Shown here: positions 9,461-21,498 of the stretch, piece by piece
How the letters are laid out: every line of letters begins with the position of its first letter
Position numbering within the stretch: position 1 is the stretch's first letter
Source: Acidobacteriota bacterium
GTDB lineage: Bacteria > Acidobacteriota > Terriglobia > Terriglobales > SCQP01
NCBI GenBank assembly: GCA_027459505.1
Contig: DAIDIE010000018.1
Span: 19,571-83,570 of the forward strand
Direction: 5' to 3'
Length of the DNA: 64,000 nucleotides
Program-made: the position numbers and the translations under genes
The notes under the pieces: generated by a model
Database searches by the model: none
What the model was told of the DNA's origin: nothing
The model's input: only the letters and a program-made list of their open reading frames with translations

Positions 9461-11227
9461 GTGAAGATCGCCTTAGCGCAAATAAATCCTACTGTGGGCG
9501 CGATTCACGCCAACGCGCGCCTGATGGTGGAGTACGCCCGGAGGGCCGAGCAGGCAGGGGCGGACCTGGTCATTTTTCCTGAACTGGCGATTTGCGGCTA
9601 CCCTCCCTGCGACTTGGTGGAAAAGAGCGACTTCATTGAGGCCAGCTACGAGGAGCTTCTGGAGGTTTCGCGGCAGGCGGCCGGCATTACGATGCTGAGC
9701 GGGTGTTTGATCCCGGCGCGGGCGGAGACCGGGAAGCGGGTTCACAACAGCGCTTTGGGATTGCGAGACGGGAAGGTGTTGTTTCAGCAGTCGAAGATGC
9801 TGCTGCCGACCTACGACGTCTTTGATGAACTGCGCAATTTCGCTCCGGCGCGCCACCAGAGTGTCTGGGCATATAACGGCATGCGTCTGGCGGTAACCAT
9901 TTGTGAAGACGCCTGGAACGACAAGAAATTCTGGCCCAAGAAGAATCAGCGGCTGCTGTACGAGACCGATCCGGTCGCGGAGCAGATGGCGACTGGGGCG
10001 GATGTGCTGATTAATATTTCCGCCTCGCCCTTTGCGGCGGAGAAGATCGGTTTGCGGCAGGACATGCTGAGCGCCATCGCGCGCGAGTACCAGGTTCCAG
10101 TGCTGTTTGTGAACCAGGTGGGCGGCAACGACCAACTGGTTTTTGACGGTTCCTCGATGGCGCTGGGCGCCAATGGGGAGTTGCGGGCGCGGGCGGCGAG
10201 CTTCGAGCAGGAACTGCTGCTGGTGGAGGCGCCGGAATGGCGGGGGTCGAAGCGGCCGGCGCCGGAGAGCGACATTGCGGCGATTTATGAAGCGCTGCAA
10301 CTGGGAACACGCGACTACGTGCGCAAGTGCGGGTTTGAACGGGTGCTGGTGGGGCTGAGCGGCGGGATTGATTCGGCGCTAACGGCCTGTATCGCCGTGG
10401 ACGCGCTGGGCGCCGAGAAAGTCATGGGCGTGGGCATGCCCAGCCGTTTTTCCTCGCGGGGCAGCATCGAGGATGCGCGGAAACTGGCGGCGAACCTGGG
10501 AATTCAATTCGAGTTATTGCCCATCGAAGCCCCGTTCGCGGCGGTGCTAGGGACGTTGCAAGGGGTTTGGGAGAAGCTGCCGACCACGGCGGCGCTGGCG
10601 GATTTGGCGCAGCAGAACCTGCAGTCGCGCTTGCGCGGGTTGCTGCTGATGGCGCTCTCGAACCGCAGTGGAGCACTGGTACTCTCGACGGGGAACAAAA
10701 GCGAATTGGCGGTGGGTTACTGCACGTTGTACGGCGATATGGCAGGCGGGCTAGCGGTGATTTCCGATGTGTTGAAGACGCAGGTATTTGCCCTGGCGGA
10801 GTATGTAAACCGGGAGCGGGAGCGCATTCCGCGGGCGACGATCACGAAACCACCGTCGGCGGAGTTGCGGCCGGATCAGACTGATCAGGACGATCTGCCG
10901 CCGTACGCGGTGCTGGACACCGTGATCCGGGATTATGTGGAGCAGTACCGCACCGCGGGAGAGATTGCGGAGCGGCATGGGCTGGAAGCGCGTCTGGTGG
11001 AGAGCCTGATCCGGCGCATCGATAATAGTGAATACAAGCGTCAGCAAGCCGCGCCCGGGCTCAAGGTCTCGCCGAAGGCGTTCGGCATGGGGCGGCGCTT
11101 TCCGATTGCGCAGCAGTACCGCGGCTGGAATCGCATGGAGAGGGGCGTCCTGCAGCCACCGCCGCCGGTTCCGCATAGCGAGCCGGGAGTGGCGCCGGAG
11201 GAGGCCAAGCCGCAATCCGGCCGATAA
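9461..11227 (+). CDS. nadE: Glutamine-dependent NAD+ synthetase
   Basis: Nitrilase domain (FPEL, KxLLPTYDVFDE, ICED) plus GLSGGIDS, STGNKSE, PPSAEL, SEYKR. Confidence 0.96.
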   Translation: MKIALAQINPTVGAIHANARLMVEYARRAEQAGADLVIFPELAICGYPPCDLVEKSDFIEASYEELLEVSRQAAGITMLSGCLIPARAETGKRVHNSALGLRDGKVLFQQSKMLLPTYDVFDELRNFAPARHQSVWAYNGMRLAVTICEDAWNDKKFWPKKNQRLLYETDPVAEQMATGADVLINISASPFAAEKIGLRQDMLSAIAREYQVPVLFVNQVGGNDQLVFDGSSMALGANGELRARAASFEQELLLVEAPEWRGSKRPAPESDIAAIYEALQLGTRDYVRKCGFERVLVGLSGGIDSALTACIAVDALGAEKVMGVGMPSRFSSRGSIEDARKLAANLGIQFELLPIEAPFAAVLGTLQGVWEKLPTTAALADLAQQNLQSRLRGLLLMALSNRSGALVLSTGNKSELAVGYCTLYGDMAGGLAVISDVLKTQVFALAEYVNRERERIPRATITKPPSAELRPDQTDQDDLPPYAVLDTVIRDYVEQYRTAGEIAERHGLEARLVESLIRRIDNSEYKRQQAAPGLKVSPKAFGMGRRFPIAQQYRGWNRMERGVLQPPPPVPHSEPGVAPEEAKPQSGR

Positions 11228-11259
11228 ACTGTGAAGAGGGTAGAAAAACACTCACGTAT

Positions 11260-12252
11260 ATGAAGACCAGACTTTTTTCTTTCCTGCCGGCCGTTGTGCC
11301 GGTGAGCGTGGCCTTGCTGCTGGCCATTCCCTGCGTGGGCGGAACGCGTCCGCGGCCAGTTCACCGGGCGGCCGCAGTGATTTCACCGGCGCTGCGGGAA
11401 CGGCTGGTGCAATATCTGTGGGCGCAGGAGGGCTGGCAGGGGATGGATACGATCCGGGTCCAGTCGATTGGTCCGGCGCGCGATGGCTTACGGCAGGTGG
11501 ATGTTTATGTAGCCAAGGGCAAGCAGCACGCCATCCAGAAGTTTTACATCACGGCAAACGGCCGCAAGATCATCAGCGGGGACGTGACCGAGTTGACCGC
11601 GAATCCGTTTGGGGCCAACGTGGGCAAGCTGGCGGCGGGCCCGCAGCAGCCGGCGGAGGGGCCGAGCCACGCCGCGGTGACGATCTATGAGTTCAGCGAT
11701 CTGGAATGTCCGTATTGCAAGCAGGAGTTTGGGCAAATACAGAAGCTGCGCGGCGAGTTGGGCAGCAAGGTGAAGGTGATTTTCCGTCCCTTCCCGCTGG
11801 TCAATATTCATCCCTGGGCGCGGGAGGCGGCCAAGGTCGCAACCTGTGTAGCGCAGCAGAGTCCGCAGGCGTTCTGGACGTTTGCGGGGAGCGTATTTCA
11901 GGCGCAGGATCAGATCAAGCCGGAAGAGGCGGCGCGGCGTTTGCACGATTTTGCGCTGGAGTCCGGCATCAACCAAGCGCCGCTGGACCGCTGTTTGGCC
12001 GATCCGGCGACCGCGGCGCAGGTGCAGACGGATATCGGGGTGGCGCAATCCCTGGGAGTCAACAGCACGCCAACTATCTTTGTGAATGGACGGATGATTC
12101 CCGGAGTGATCGATTACAACGTGCTGAAAACGCTGGTTGAATACGCCTCGACGCATAGCAGCGCGGCGCCGCCGCTGCCGGCCCGGGCGCTGAAAGGGAA
12201 GCAGTGCGGCGCGTGTGGAACGCTGCCGCCGCTGCCGAGGAAAAAGCACTGA
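11260..12252 (+). CDS. Exported DsbA/thioredoxin-fold protein
   Basis: Signal peptide, EFSDLECPYC, FPL..IHPWA, GVNSTPTIFVNG. Confidence 0.88.
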   Translation: MKTRLFSFLPAVVPVSVALLLAIPCVGGTRPRPVHRAAAVISPALRERLVQYLWAQEGWQGMDTIRVQSIGPARDGLRQVDVYVAKGKQHAIQKFYITANGRKIISGDVTELTANPFGANVGKLAAGPQQPAEGPSHAAVTIYEFSDLECPYCKQEFGQIQKLRGELGSKVKVIFRPFPLVNIHPWAREAAKVATCVAQQSPQAFWTFAGSVFQAQDQIKPEEAARRLHDFALESGINQAPLDRCLADPATAAQVQTDIGVAQSLGVNSTPTIFVNGRMIPGVIDYNVLKTLVEYASTHSSAAPPLPARALKGKQCGACGTLPPLPRKKH

Positions 12253-12427
12253 GAAGCGCGGTTGCCGGGGAAGGGCAAGTGCTTCGGGGCGCAATCGGGG
12301 CCAGGCTGAAACGGCAGGACTCCGGTTGGGCTTTTTTCTGGCCTCGGCATTGGGATAAGCTGTGCGGGCGGGAGGGGGCGAGGTCCTCACCCGCCCGTGC
12401 CGTTTAGCGCGATAGGGTTTTCCACTT

Positions 12428-14113
12428 ATGTCCTCGTCCCCCCAACTTGCCACAGATGCCGCCGTTATGACCAGCAAGGCTGAACCAGATACGCGAAGCG
12501 GAAGCAGCGACCGGCGGAAGGTCTGGCTGGGATGGCTGAGCCGGGCGCGCTTTGTGGTGATCACGCTGGTGCTGGGACTCCAGCTGGGAGCGGAGTCGTA
12601 CTCGAGCAGTCATCCGCTGCTGGGACCGTTTCTGACCCTGGTAACGATCTGGTACATGCTGGCGGCTTTCTACCTGCTGCTGCAGCGAACCTTCCGGGTG
12701 GAAGCGTGGCAGCCGCTGCTGCAACTGTACGCCGACGCCATCATTATCACCGGGCTGGTTTACACGACCGGGCTCAGCCAAAGTCTGTTGACGGAGCTTT
12801 ATGCGCTGCTGGTGATGGTGAGCGCGATGGTGGTGGCGCGGCGCCACGTTTATCTTTTGGGTGGAGTCTGCGCGTTGCTTTACGCGGTTGTTTCCCAGCT
12901 AGCCTGGCGTGGGGTTTTGCCGTCGCCCTGGGGTAGCGAGAAGCCGGACGCGCATGGAGTGCAGCTTTCGCTGATTTTGACCACTCTGGCGATGTTCGCG
13001 GCGGCCTACATTTCCAGCTTGTTGTCGAACCGGTTGCAGGAGGCCGACGCGCGTCTGGTGACCCAGCAGGGCGTGCTGGACAGCTTGCGGGCCCTGAACG
13101 ACAACATCGTACATTCGATGAGCGGTGGCCTGATCACGACCGATCTGGGGGGACGCATTTACTTTGCGAACCAGAGTGCCGGTGAAATTCTCGGATGTCC
13201 ACAGGGCGAACTGGACGGCAAGAATGTGGAAGAGATGCTGCAACTATCGCTACCGCCAGACAGTTTTCCGCGGCGCAAGGAGCACACGTTTCGGCAAGGG
13301 GCCTACTTGCGAACGTTAGGAATTTCGGTGACGCCGTTGCAGGTGCCTGGGCAAGGGAATGTGGGGCGGGTTTATCAGTTTCAGGATCTGACACAACTGC
13401 GCCAGTTGGAACACGAGATTGAAGTGCGCGAGCGCATGAGCGCGTTGGGGCGGTTGGCAGCGGGGATTGCGCATGAGATCCGCAATCCACTGGCATCGCT
13501 GGGCGGATCGGTGAGGCTGTTGGCCGGGTACCTGCATTTGGGCGAGCAGGAGCAGGAGCTGATGGACATTGTGGTGCGCGAGTCGGACCGGTTGAACCGG
13601 ATTGTCTCCGACTTTCTCTCCTATGCACGCGACTACCATTATGAATTCCGGCAGGTGGAGCTGGGTAGTCTGGTGCGCGATGTGGTGACACTGGCGCGCA
13701 ACGGGCCGCGTTGCGGCGCCGGGGTGGAGATCGTGATGCGCATGGGCGCCGGGCCGATAGTGATCTGGGGCGATCCGGACCGGCTCAAGCAGGTGTTTTG
13801 GAACTTGTGTGACAACGCGTTAAAGGCGGTGGCGGGCCAGGGCTCGCTGACCATCGCGGCGGAGCCGTCGTCGGCGGGGGTGCGGCTGGAATTCCGGGAT
13901 ACGGGGTGCGGACTACCGCCGGGAGCCGAAGCGCATATCTTCGAGCCATTCAATTCGCACTTTAAAGACGGGACCGGGCTGGGCTTGGCCACCGCGTACG
14001 CCATCATGCAGGCGCACCAAGGCAAGATCTGGGTGGAGTCACCGCCGGAAGGGGGCGCCTGTTTTGTGCTGCAGCTGCCGATACAGCCGGGGGCGGCGGG
14101 TCCAGGCAATTGA
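12428..14113 (+). CDS. pilS: PilS-like sensor histidine kinase
   Basis: Multi-TM N-terminus, PAS-like region, AHEIRNPL H-box, N box (WNLCDNA), DTGCG, GTGLGL. Confidence 0.8.
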   Translation: MSSSPQLATDAAVMTSKAEPDTRSGSSDRRKVWLGWLSRARFVVITLVLGLQLGAESYSSSHPLLGPFLTLVTIWYMLAAFYLLLQRTFRVEAWQPLLQLYADAIIITGLVYTTGLSQSLLTELYALLVMVSAMVVARRHVYLLGGVCALLYAVVSQLAWRGVLPSPWGSEKPDAHGVQLSLILTTLAMFAAAYISSLLSNRLQEADARLVTQQGVLDSLRALNDNIVHSMSGGLITTDLGGRIYFANQSAGEILGCPQGELDGKNVEEMLQLSLPPDSFPRRKEHTFRQGAYLRTLGISVTPLQVPGQGNVGRVYQFQDLTQLRQLEHEIEVRERMSALGRLAAGIAHEIRNPLASLGGSVRLLAGYLHLGEQEQELMDIVVRESDRLNRIVSDFLSYARDYHYEFRQVELGSLVRDVVTLARNGPRCGAGVEIVMRMGAGPIVIWGDPDRLKQVFWNLCDNALKAVAGQGSLTIAAEPSSAGVRLEFRDTGCGLPPGAEAHIFEPFNSHFKDGTGLGLATAYAIMQAHQGKIWVESPPEGGACFVLQLPIQPGAAGPGN

Positions 14114-14283
14114 GCGGCAGAGGTGGGGCTTTGATGCCTGTTGCGCTCAGCAGCCCAAGTCGCTAGCGGGGCCAGCGATCTTAAATTGGGAGCCGGTTCG
14201 ACTCGGGCCGGACGGGAAATGTGATGCGGATTTTTGCGTTCCGGGCGCAGCAATGTTAGGCTGCCTCTGAACCCTGTTAAGAA

Positions 14284-15654
14284 ATGGCCCACATACTCAT
14301 CGTTGATGACGAAGTTTCGATACGGCAGATGCTGGAAATCCAGCTCAGCCGCGAGGGGCACCGGGTGGAGACGGCGAGTGACGCCGCGACCGCGAGGCGC
14401 AAACTCGATTCGGCGATTTTTGATCTGATCATCTCCGACCTTCGCCTGAGCCCGACGGAAAGCGGACTGGATGTGATGCGCTACTGCCGGGCGATGAACT
14501 CCGACACCGCGTTCATCCTGCTGACCGCCTTTGGCAGCATCGAAACGGCGATTGAGGCGATCAAGATCGGCGGCATTGTCGATTACCTGATTAAGGGCAG
14601 CAGTGACCTGGTGGATCAGTTACGCGCGGCTGTGGAGCGCGTTCTGAAACTGCAGTCGCTGGGGCGGGAGAACCAGCTTCTCAAGCGCGAGCTGAAGGGA
14701 CGCAACGCGCTGGAAAACATGGTGGGGACCAGCGCCGCCATTCAGCGGGTGAAGGAGCTGATCCGGACCGTGGCATCGACGCAGAGCACGGTGCTCATCC
14801 GGGGAGAAAGCGGGACAGGCAAGGAGTTGGTGGCACGCGGACTGCACGACTGCTCGCAGCGAGCTGACCAGCCGTTTGTGAGCGTCAACTGCGGGGCCTT
14901 TCCGGAAGGGCTGCTGGAGAGCGAGCTGTTTGGCTATATCAAGGGCGCCTTTACAGGGGCTAACAGTAACCGCCGGGGATTATTTGAGGCCGCCCAGGGC
15001 GGCACGCTGTTTCTGGATGAAATCGGGGAGATGGGGCTTCCCATGCAGGTGGCGTTATTGCGCGTGCTGCAGGAACGCCAGGTACGGCCGCTGGGATCGT
15101 CGACGAATATCCCGATTGACGTGCGGCTGCTGGCCGCCACCAACCGGGACCTGGAGCAGGCGGTGCGCGAAGGACGCTTTCGCGAGGATCTCTATTACCG
15201 CATCAGCGTGATTCCGATCGAGCTGCCCTCGTTGCGGCAACGGCGGGAAGACATACCGCTGCTCGCCATGCACTTTTTGCGGCGCTTTGCTGGGGAAATG
15301 GGAAAGCGGGTGCAGGGTTTCGCCGCCGAGAGCATGCAGCGGCTGGAAGGCTACGAATGGCCGGGCAATGTGCGGCAGTTGGAGAATGTGGTGGAGCGGG
15401 CAGTGGCGCTCAGCAGCGGCGATGAGGTGGTGGCGCCACCACTGCAGGAGCGTTCGCTGACGCAAGAGCGGGCGGAAATGAACGGCTTGCCGGCGTTGCC
15501 TCCACAGGGGCTGGAGTTGCTTATCCAAGAAGTGGAAAAGCGCTATCTCGCAGCGGCATTGCAAGAGGCCAAGGGGGTGCGCACCAAGGCGGCGGAGCTT
15601 CTGAAGATGTCATACCGGTCATTCCGCCACTACGCCAAGAAGCATGGGGTGTGA
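14284..15654 (+). CDS. pilR: PilR-like sigma-54-dependent response regulator
   Basis: REC domain, [29 protein letters not shown]-terminal HTH. Confidence 0.85.
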   Translation: MAHILIVDDEVSIRQMLEIQLSREGHRVETASDAATARRKLDSAIFDLIISDLRLSPTESGLDVMRYCRAMNSDTAFILLTAFGSIETAIEAIKIGGIVDYLIKGSSDLVDQLRAAVERVLKLQSLGRENQLLKRELKGRNALENMVGTSAAIQRVKELIRTVASTQSTVLIRGESGTGKELVARGLHDCSQRADQPFVSVNCGAFPEGLLESELFGYIKGAFTGANSNRRGLFEAAQGGTLFLDEIGEMGLPMQVALLRVLQERQVRPLGSSTNIPIDVRLLAATNRDLEQAVREGRFREDLYYRISVIPIELPSLRQRREDIPLLAMHFLRRFAGEMGKRVQGFAAESMQRLEGYEWPGNVRQLENVVERAVALSSGDEVVAPPLQERSLTQERAEMNGLPALPPQGLELLIQEVEKRYLAAALQEAKGVRTKAAELLKMSYRSFRHYAKKHGV

Positions 15655-15655
15655 G

Positions 15656-15883
15656 GTGAGCGAGGCCCCAAAAAGAAGTGAGCCGTCCGTCTGGGAGCAG
15701 ATTGGGCGCTACCTGGGGCTGGCGTTCACGCTCCCGATTGCCGTCATGTTGGGGTACGCCGCGGGCGAATGGCTGGATCGGCATTTTCATAGCGGGTCGT
15801 TGTGGCAAATCGTGGGACTCTTCCTGGGCGGCGCCGCCGGGCTCATCGAGATCATCCGGGTGGCGAGCCGTGACCGTGGCTAG
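15656..15883 (+). CDS. atpZ: AtpZ/AtpI-family (ATPase gene 1) protein
   Basis: Two-TM protein with GYAAGEWLDRHF motif, first gene of the F0 cluster. Confidence 0.8.
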   Translation: MSEAPKRSEPSVWEQIGRYLGLAFTLPIAVMLGYAAGEWLDRHFHSGSLWQIVGLFLGGAAGLIEIIRVASRDRG

Positions 15884-15891
15884 TTGAGATT

Positions 15892-16326
15892 TTGAGCGGA
15901 ACAACTGCGTTCGACTACGAGCGGGCGGAACAGCGGGTCGCCAACCTGACCATGGCGGTAGGAGTGGCTGGTGTCGCGGTTTTCGCGCTGCGCCAGCAGT
16001 GGACTGGCGGACTGGGCTTTGGGCTGGGGGCGCTGCTCAGCTATTGGAATTTGGCGGGAGTGCGGAAGCTGGCGTCGAAGCTCAGCCAGAACGTGCGGCA
16101 ATCAGGCCTAGAGGGGGCCAGCAGCGAGGGCGAGCGGGATCAGCAGGCGGCGAGGCGGCCGGGAGCGGGGCGCTTCGTGTTGCGTTTTCTGCTGCTGGCC
16201 GGCGCGCTTTATGCTATATTTATCAGTCACTTAGTTCCCTTGATGGCGGCTGTAGCGGGGCTGTTCAGCGCACCGGCGGCCGTGCTGATAGAGATGCTGA
16301 TTGAGCTCGCGCAGTACCTGCGGTAA
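15892..16326 (+). CDS. atpI: ATP synthase subunit I-like membrane protein
   Basis: Four hydrophobic segments, directly upstream of atpB. Confidence 0.75.
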   Translation: MSGTTAFDYERAEQRVANLTMAVGVAGVAVFALRQQWTGGLGFGLGALLSYWNLAGVRKLASKLSQNVRQSGLEGASSEGERDQQAARRPGAGRFVLRFLLLAGALYAIFISHLVPLMAAVAGLFSAPAAVLIEMLIELAQYLR

Positions 16327-16373
16327 AGCCGCCCGGCAGAGCGCCCGTTCTGCCTTCCACGACGACTTTGGCC

Positions 16374-17102
16374 ATGAACGAAGAACTTTGGTTTACCCGT
16401 GTGCTCAATCATGCCTTTGCCGGCCCGGTAACGGCGTCGCTGCGAGCGCTGCATTTTTCTCCCGTCCATCCGCACCATCCCATTCCCAATCATGTGGCCA
16501 TGGAGATTTTCGTGGCCTTGGTGCTGATGGTTTTCAGCGCGGTGCTGGCGCGGAGCTTATCGGTGGAAGAGCCGGGAAGCTGGCAGCACATTGTGGAACT
16601 GGTTTGGGGTTTTGTGGATGAGCAGGCCGAGGAGGTCATCGGCCACGAAGGCCACCAGTTTGTGAAGTTTTGCTTCACGCTGCTGGTGTTTATTCTGCTC
16701 TGCAATCTGCTGGGCTTGATACCGGGATTCGAGTCGCCAACGGCCAGTTTGACCGTGCCGCTGGGATGCGCGCTGGTCGCCTTTTTCTACTACCATTGGG
16801 CAGGTCTGAAGCGGCAAAAGCTGCATTACTTCAAGCAGTTCATCGGGCCGATTCCGTTTCTTTTCTTCTTGATGATCCCGATCGAGCTGATCAGCCACGC
16901 GGCGCGGGTGTTGTCGCTGACAGTTCGTCTTTACGCCAATATGTTTGCCGGCGATCTGGTCATCACCGTGATGCTGGCGTTGTTTCCGCTGAGCGGCATT
17001 ATTTTCCTGGGCCTGCACACCTTTGTGGCGCTGCTGCAAGCCTACATCTTCATGCTGCTGGCCATGGTTTACCTGAGTGGCGCGGTAGCGGAAGAGCACT
17101 AA
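16374..17102 (+). CDS. atpB: F0 ATP synthase subunit a
   Basis: NLLGLIPG, PTA, LSLTVRLYANMFAG, LQAYIF. Confidence 0.96.
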   Translation: MNEELWFTRVLNHAFAGPVTASLRALHFSPVHPHHPIPNHVAMEIFVALVLMVFSAVLARSLSVEEPGSWQHIVELVWGFVDEQAEEVIGHEGHQFVKFCFTLLVFILLCNLLGLIPGFESPTASLTVPLGCALVAFFYYHWAGLKRQKLHYFKQFIGPIPFLFFLMIPIELISHAARVLSLTVRLYANMFAGDLVITVMLALFPLSGIIFLGLHTFVALLQAYIFMLLAMVYLSGAVAEEH

Positions 17103-17225
17103 CAGATTCGGCTGCGCTGTGCGCAGGCGAAGGTAGTACCCGTTTGCAGTGTGAGACCGCATCCCTCCCAAGGGCTTACGGGAACCACCTCCTGGACGGA
17201 ATTCATTTGTAAAGGAAGGTCTCCG

Positions 17226-17543
17226 ATGACCCGACGCATTTCGCAATTGTTCACCGCTATGGCGGTTCTTTTCATGGCTTCTCCGCTGTTTGCCCAGACG
17301 ACGGCGGGAGGCGGCACCGGCAGCGCACACGGCGACATCGCCCTGGCCGCCGGTATCGGTATGGCTATTGCTTCCGGCCTTTGCGGCCTGGGGCAGGGCA
17401 AGGCCATCGCTTCCACAGTGGAAGCGCTGGCGCGCAACCCGGGCGCGGAAAAGGCGATTCGCTTTGCCTTTATTCTGGGTCTGGTGCTGATCGAGTCGCT
17501 GGCGCTGTATACGTTGGCCATCATCTTCGCCAAAGTGAAGTAA
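17226..17543 (+). CDS. atpE: F0 ATP synthase subunit c with N-terminal extension
   Basis: GLGQG, ARNP loop, IESLALY; SD-like AAGGAAGG upstream. Confidence 0.95.
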   Translation: MTRRISQLFTAMAVLFMASPLFAQTTAGGGTGSAHGDIALAAGIGMAIASGLCGLGQGKAIASTVEALARNPGAEKAIRFAFILGLVLIESLALYTLAIIFAKVK

Positions 17544-17569
17544 AGCTTCCGGCTACCAGCCGGTTTGGC

Positions 17570-17600
17570 AAACAGCCCGCCTCTGGCGGGCTGTTTTCTT
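17570..17600 (+). terminator. Rho-independent terminator after atpE
   Basis: AAACAGCCCGCC-TCT-GGCGGGCTGTTT followed by TCTT. Confidence 0.85.
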
Positions 17601-18162
17601 GTAGGGTGGGGAATGCCGGGGATGCGGCAGGGACCAGAACGGCGGAGGAGGTGGACCTTATTCCACTCGATCCGCAGCGGGCAGCATCCTTTTGCGGTCT
17701 GATGCATCAGAGTTGGTAGAGCGCTTACAAGCGCCCGCGGCGGGGGCGCTGGCTGTCGTAGATCCAGCTCAAACCTCCTCGGGTCCGGCCGGTGACCCCC
17801 GCCTCTGTGATGGCCTCGCCCGATTCACGCTGAGCATTCCCGACCGTTTCCAGTGCCCATTTTCGCGATCTCCGATGAGCCGCCTGGAAGGGCTGTCCCG
17901 GTGCTGCTTGAGCGGACCGGCCGCTTTTATTCCACTGCTTCGTCGCAGCAGGCTCATGTATAATGATCCGTGCTCTCCCACGGTTCGGCTCTTAGTTCCG
18001 CGGAAGTTGGGCTCGGCCATGGCCGCAATGCTCAACCGCAGCCGGCCCCTCCCCCAAAACAATTCCTGATGAGACTGCCGCAGGGAACAGCTTTGCCGCG
18101 CGGAAGCGGCGAGGCTGCGCTTTCCCCTGCGCCCGCTGGCGGCCGTGTGCCGCGGAGGTTAA

Positions 18163-19827
<1,665 letters not shown>

Positions 19828-19920
19828 GGAGGTCGAGCGGGTTTGCGGCAGGGAGCTAGCGGCAGAGTTCCTGCACGTTACTTCGGTTCAGGGCGGCGTA
19901 GTTGATAATGAGGTGGTTCT

Positions 19921-20646
19921 ATGGTAGATCGTGGATCCAAATCGGGCTTTCTCTTATCATTGTCGGTTGGTGTTCTTATCATCGCGCTCGCATCCCTGCC
20001 GTCGGAATCTCAGTCGGCCGCGGTTGTGAAGGCCCATTCCACAACCTCCGAAGCGAATATGTCTGAGAGCACCCAGGGCTTCTTGCATCTGAGCGAGTAT
20101 CTCTACCTAGCCCTCGCCCCCGATGGTTCTGCCCGACTTAACTATAGTGCCGTATGCGAACCGCCACTGTACCTACCGGTGCCCCCGAGAAGTATCCGCA
20201 TCATTCCTCCTCCGAACAGCCGAGGAGGCCTGGCCGCCGTCAAAGCTGTGTTTTCCAAGGAGCCGACGGCCCGTGTTGCTGCAGGACCAGGTGGACTGAT
20301 TCGAATTGCGCTAGGCACCCCCCCTCACTCAATTTTGAGGGTAAAGCTTCCCCATGTAGCTCTCCGCGGAGCCCAGCGCACAAGCGCGCGGTCCGCTATC
20401 GGTGCACTATTACAGCTTCCAGAGCTGCAGGCCCGCATGCGAGAGGAAGGATATGAACCTTTACCATACTTAGATAGCAGGCTCTCAGCTCGCCGGAAAC
20501 TGGGCGGGGTGCTCCCTTCCTCAATCGACGGAGCCACTCTTGACCAGGCGCTGGATCTCATTGCTCTAACTTTTAGAGATGTGATCACGTACGGAGCGTG
20601 CAGCCTGCCAGACGGGAAAGTGTTATTTGTGATACAGACCGAGTAG
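19921..20646 (+). CDS. Secreted hypothetical protein, paralog A (immunity-like)
   Basis: Signal peptide, atypical codon usage, alignable by eye over ~170 aa with 21532-22176. Confidence 0.7.
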   Translation: MVDRGSKSGFLLSLSVGVLIIALASLPSESQSAAVVKAHSTTSEANMSESTQGFLHLSEYLYLALAPDGSARLNYSAVCEPPLYLPVPPRSIRIIPPPNSRGGLAAVKAVFSKEPTARVAAGPGGLIRIALGTPPHSILRVKLPHVALRGAQRTSARSAIGALLQLPELQARMREEGYEPLPYLDSRLSARRKLGGVLPSSIDGATLDQALDLIALTFRDVITYGACSLPDGKVLFVIQTE

Positions 20647-20778
20647 GGAGGAAACTGCTCTGCTCTCCTGTGATATAGGCAAGCTTGCGGGGTTGGACGC
20701 GGGGGGGTGCTCAGTAGGCTGTCGGCCAAACCGCGCCGTTGCCAGCCGGTTACTTTAGTAGCGTATGAGGCGGTATCC

Positions 20779-21120
20779 ATGGGAGCATGGTTCCTTGACG
20801 GAGTTATTATGTACGCGGCTATGGTGCTGTTTCGCTCATGGGTTCGGTGGAGGGGAGGCTCATGGCCGGTATTCCCGGGCAGGATCTTAATGGTGAGGCG
20901 TGCCTCCGGAGTATGGGGGTGCCCTTACGCTGAACTGGTCTACGAGTTCACCGCAAGCGAGCCCGCTGTCCCCACCATCGGAGCGGAACGGATTCCTTTT
21001 TTGACTAGCGCTGCGGCGGCGGCGTTCTGTGCAGCGCACCCGCCAAGCTCTGCGGTCACTATAAGGGCAATGCCAAACATACCATCGAGGAGCTACCTCG
21101 CGCTTGTTGAGCGGGAATAG
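20779..21120 (+). CDS. DUF3592-like membrane-anchored protein
   Basis: N-terminal TM, then SWP..PGRI, LVYEF, VTIRAMPNIPSRSYL pattern typical of DUF3592. Confidence 0.55.
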   Translation: MGAWFLDGVIMYAAMVLFRSWVRWRGGSWPVFPGRILMVRRASGVWGCPYAELVYEFTASEPAVPTIGAERIPFLTSAAAAAFCAAHPPSSAVTIRAMPNIPSRSYLALVERE

Positions 21121-21126
21121 TAGGCA

Positions 21127-21490
21127 TGGGCTCACGGGAGTCGACCTCACCGGCGAGGGCAGCTACACTTCCAGCTGGGGGGCGGACGGGCAGCTCAAGT
21201 GCATCGGCAAAGGCGCCTCGGTGTGCGTCACCTACGACGCGCTGGGCCGTGAGGTGAAAGTCAACAACAACGGCAAACCCACGGAACTGGTGTACTGCCT
21301 GGTCGGCGACCGCATTGCCACCTTCAACGGGCAGAAGATGGTCTCCGCGCGGTGGCCCTGCCGCTGGGCGGCGCGGCGCTTTATGGGGCCGGTGGCGGCT
21401 TCCAGGGATGCCAGCGCGGTGGACCCGCTTGGTCGTGACGCTAGCGTGGCCGGCTGTGTAACTAACCAAGTGACTCCAGTGATCCCGTGA
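21127..21490 (+). pseudogene. Rhs/YD-repeat core remnant
   Basis: SYTSSWGADGQL, VTYDALGR, ELVYCLVGDRIA; frameshifted VALPLGGAALYG near 21352; DPLGR core-end motif near 21422. Confidence 0.7.
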
Positions 21491-21498
21491 GGGCGTGA

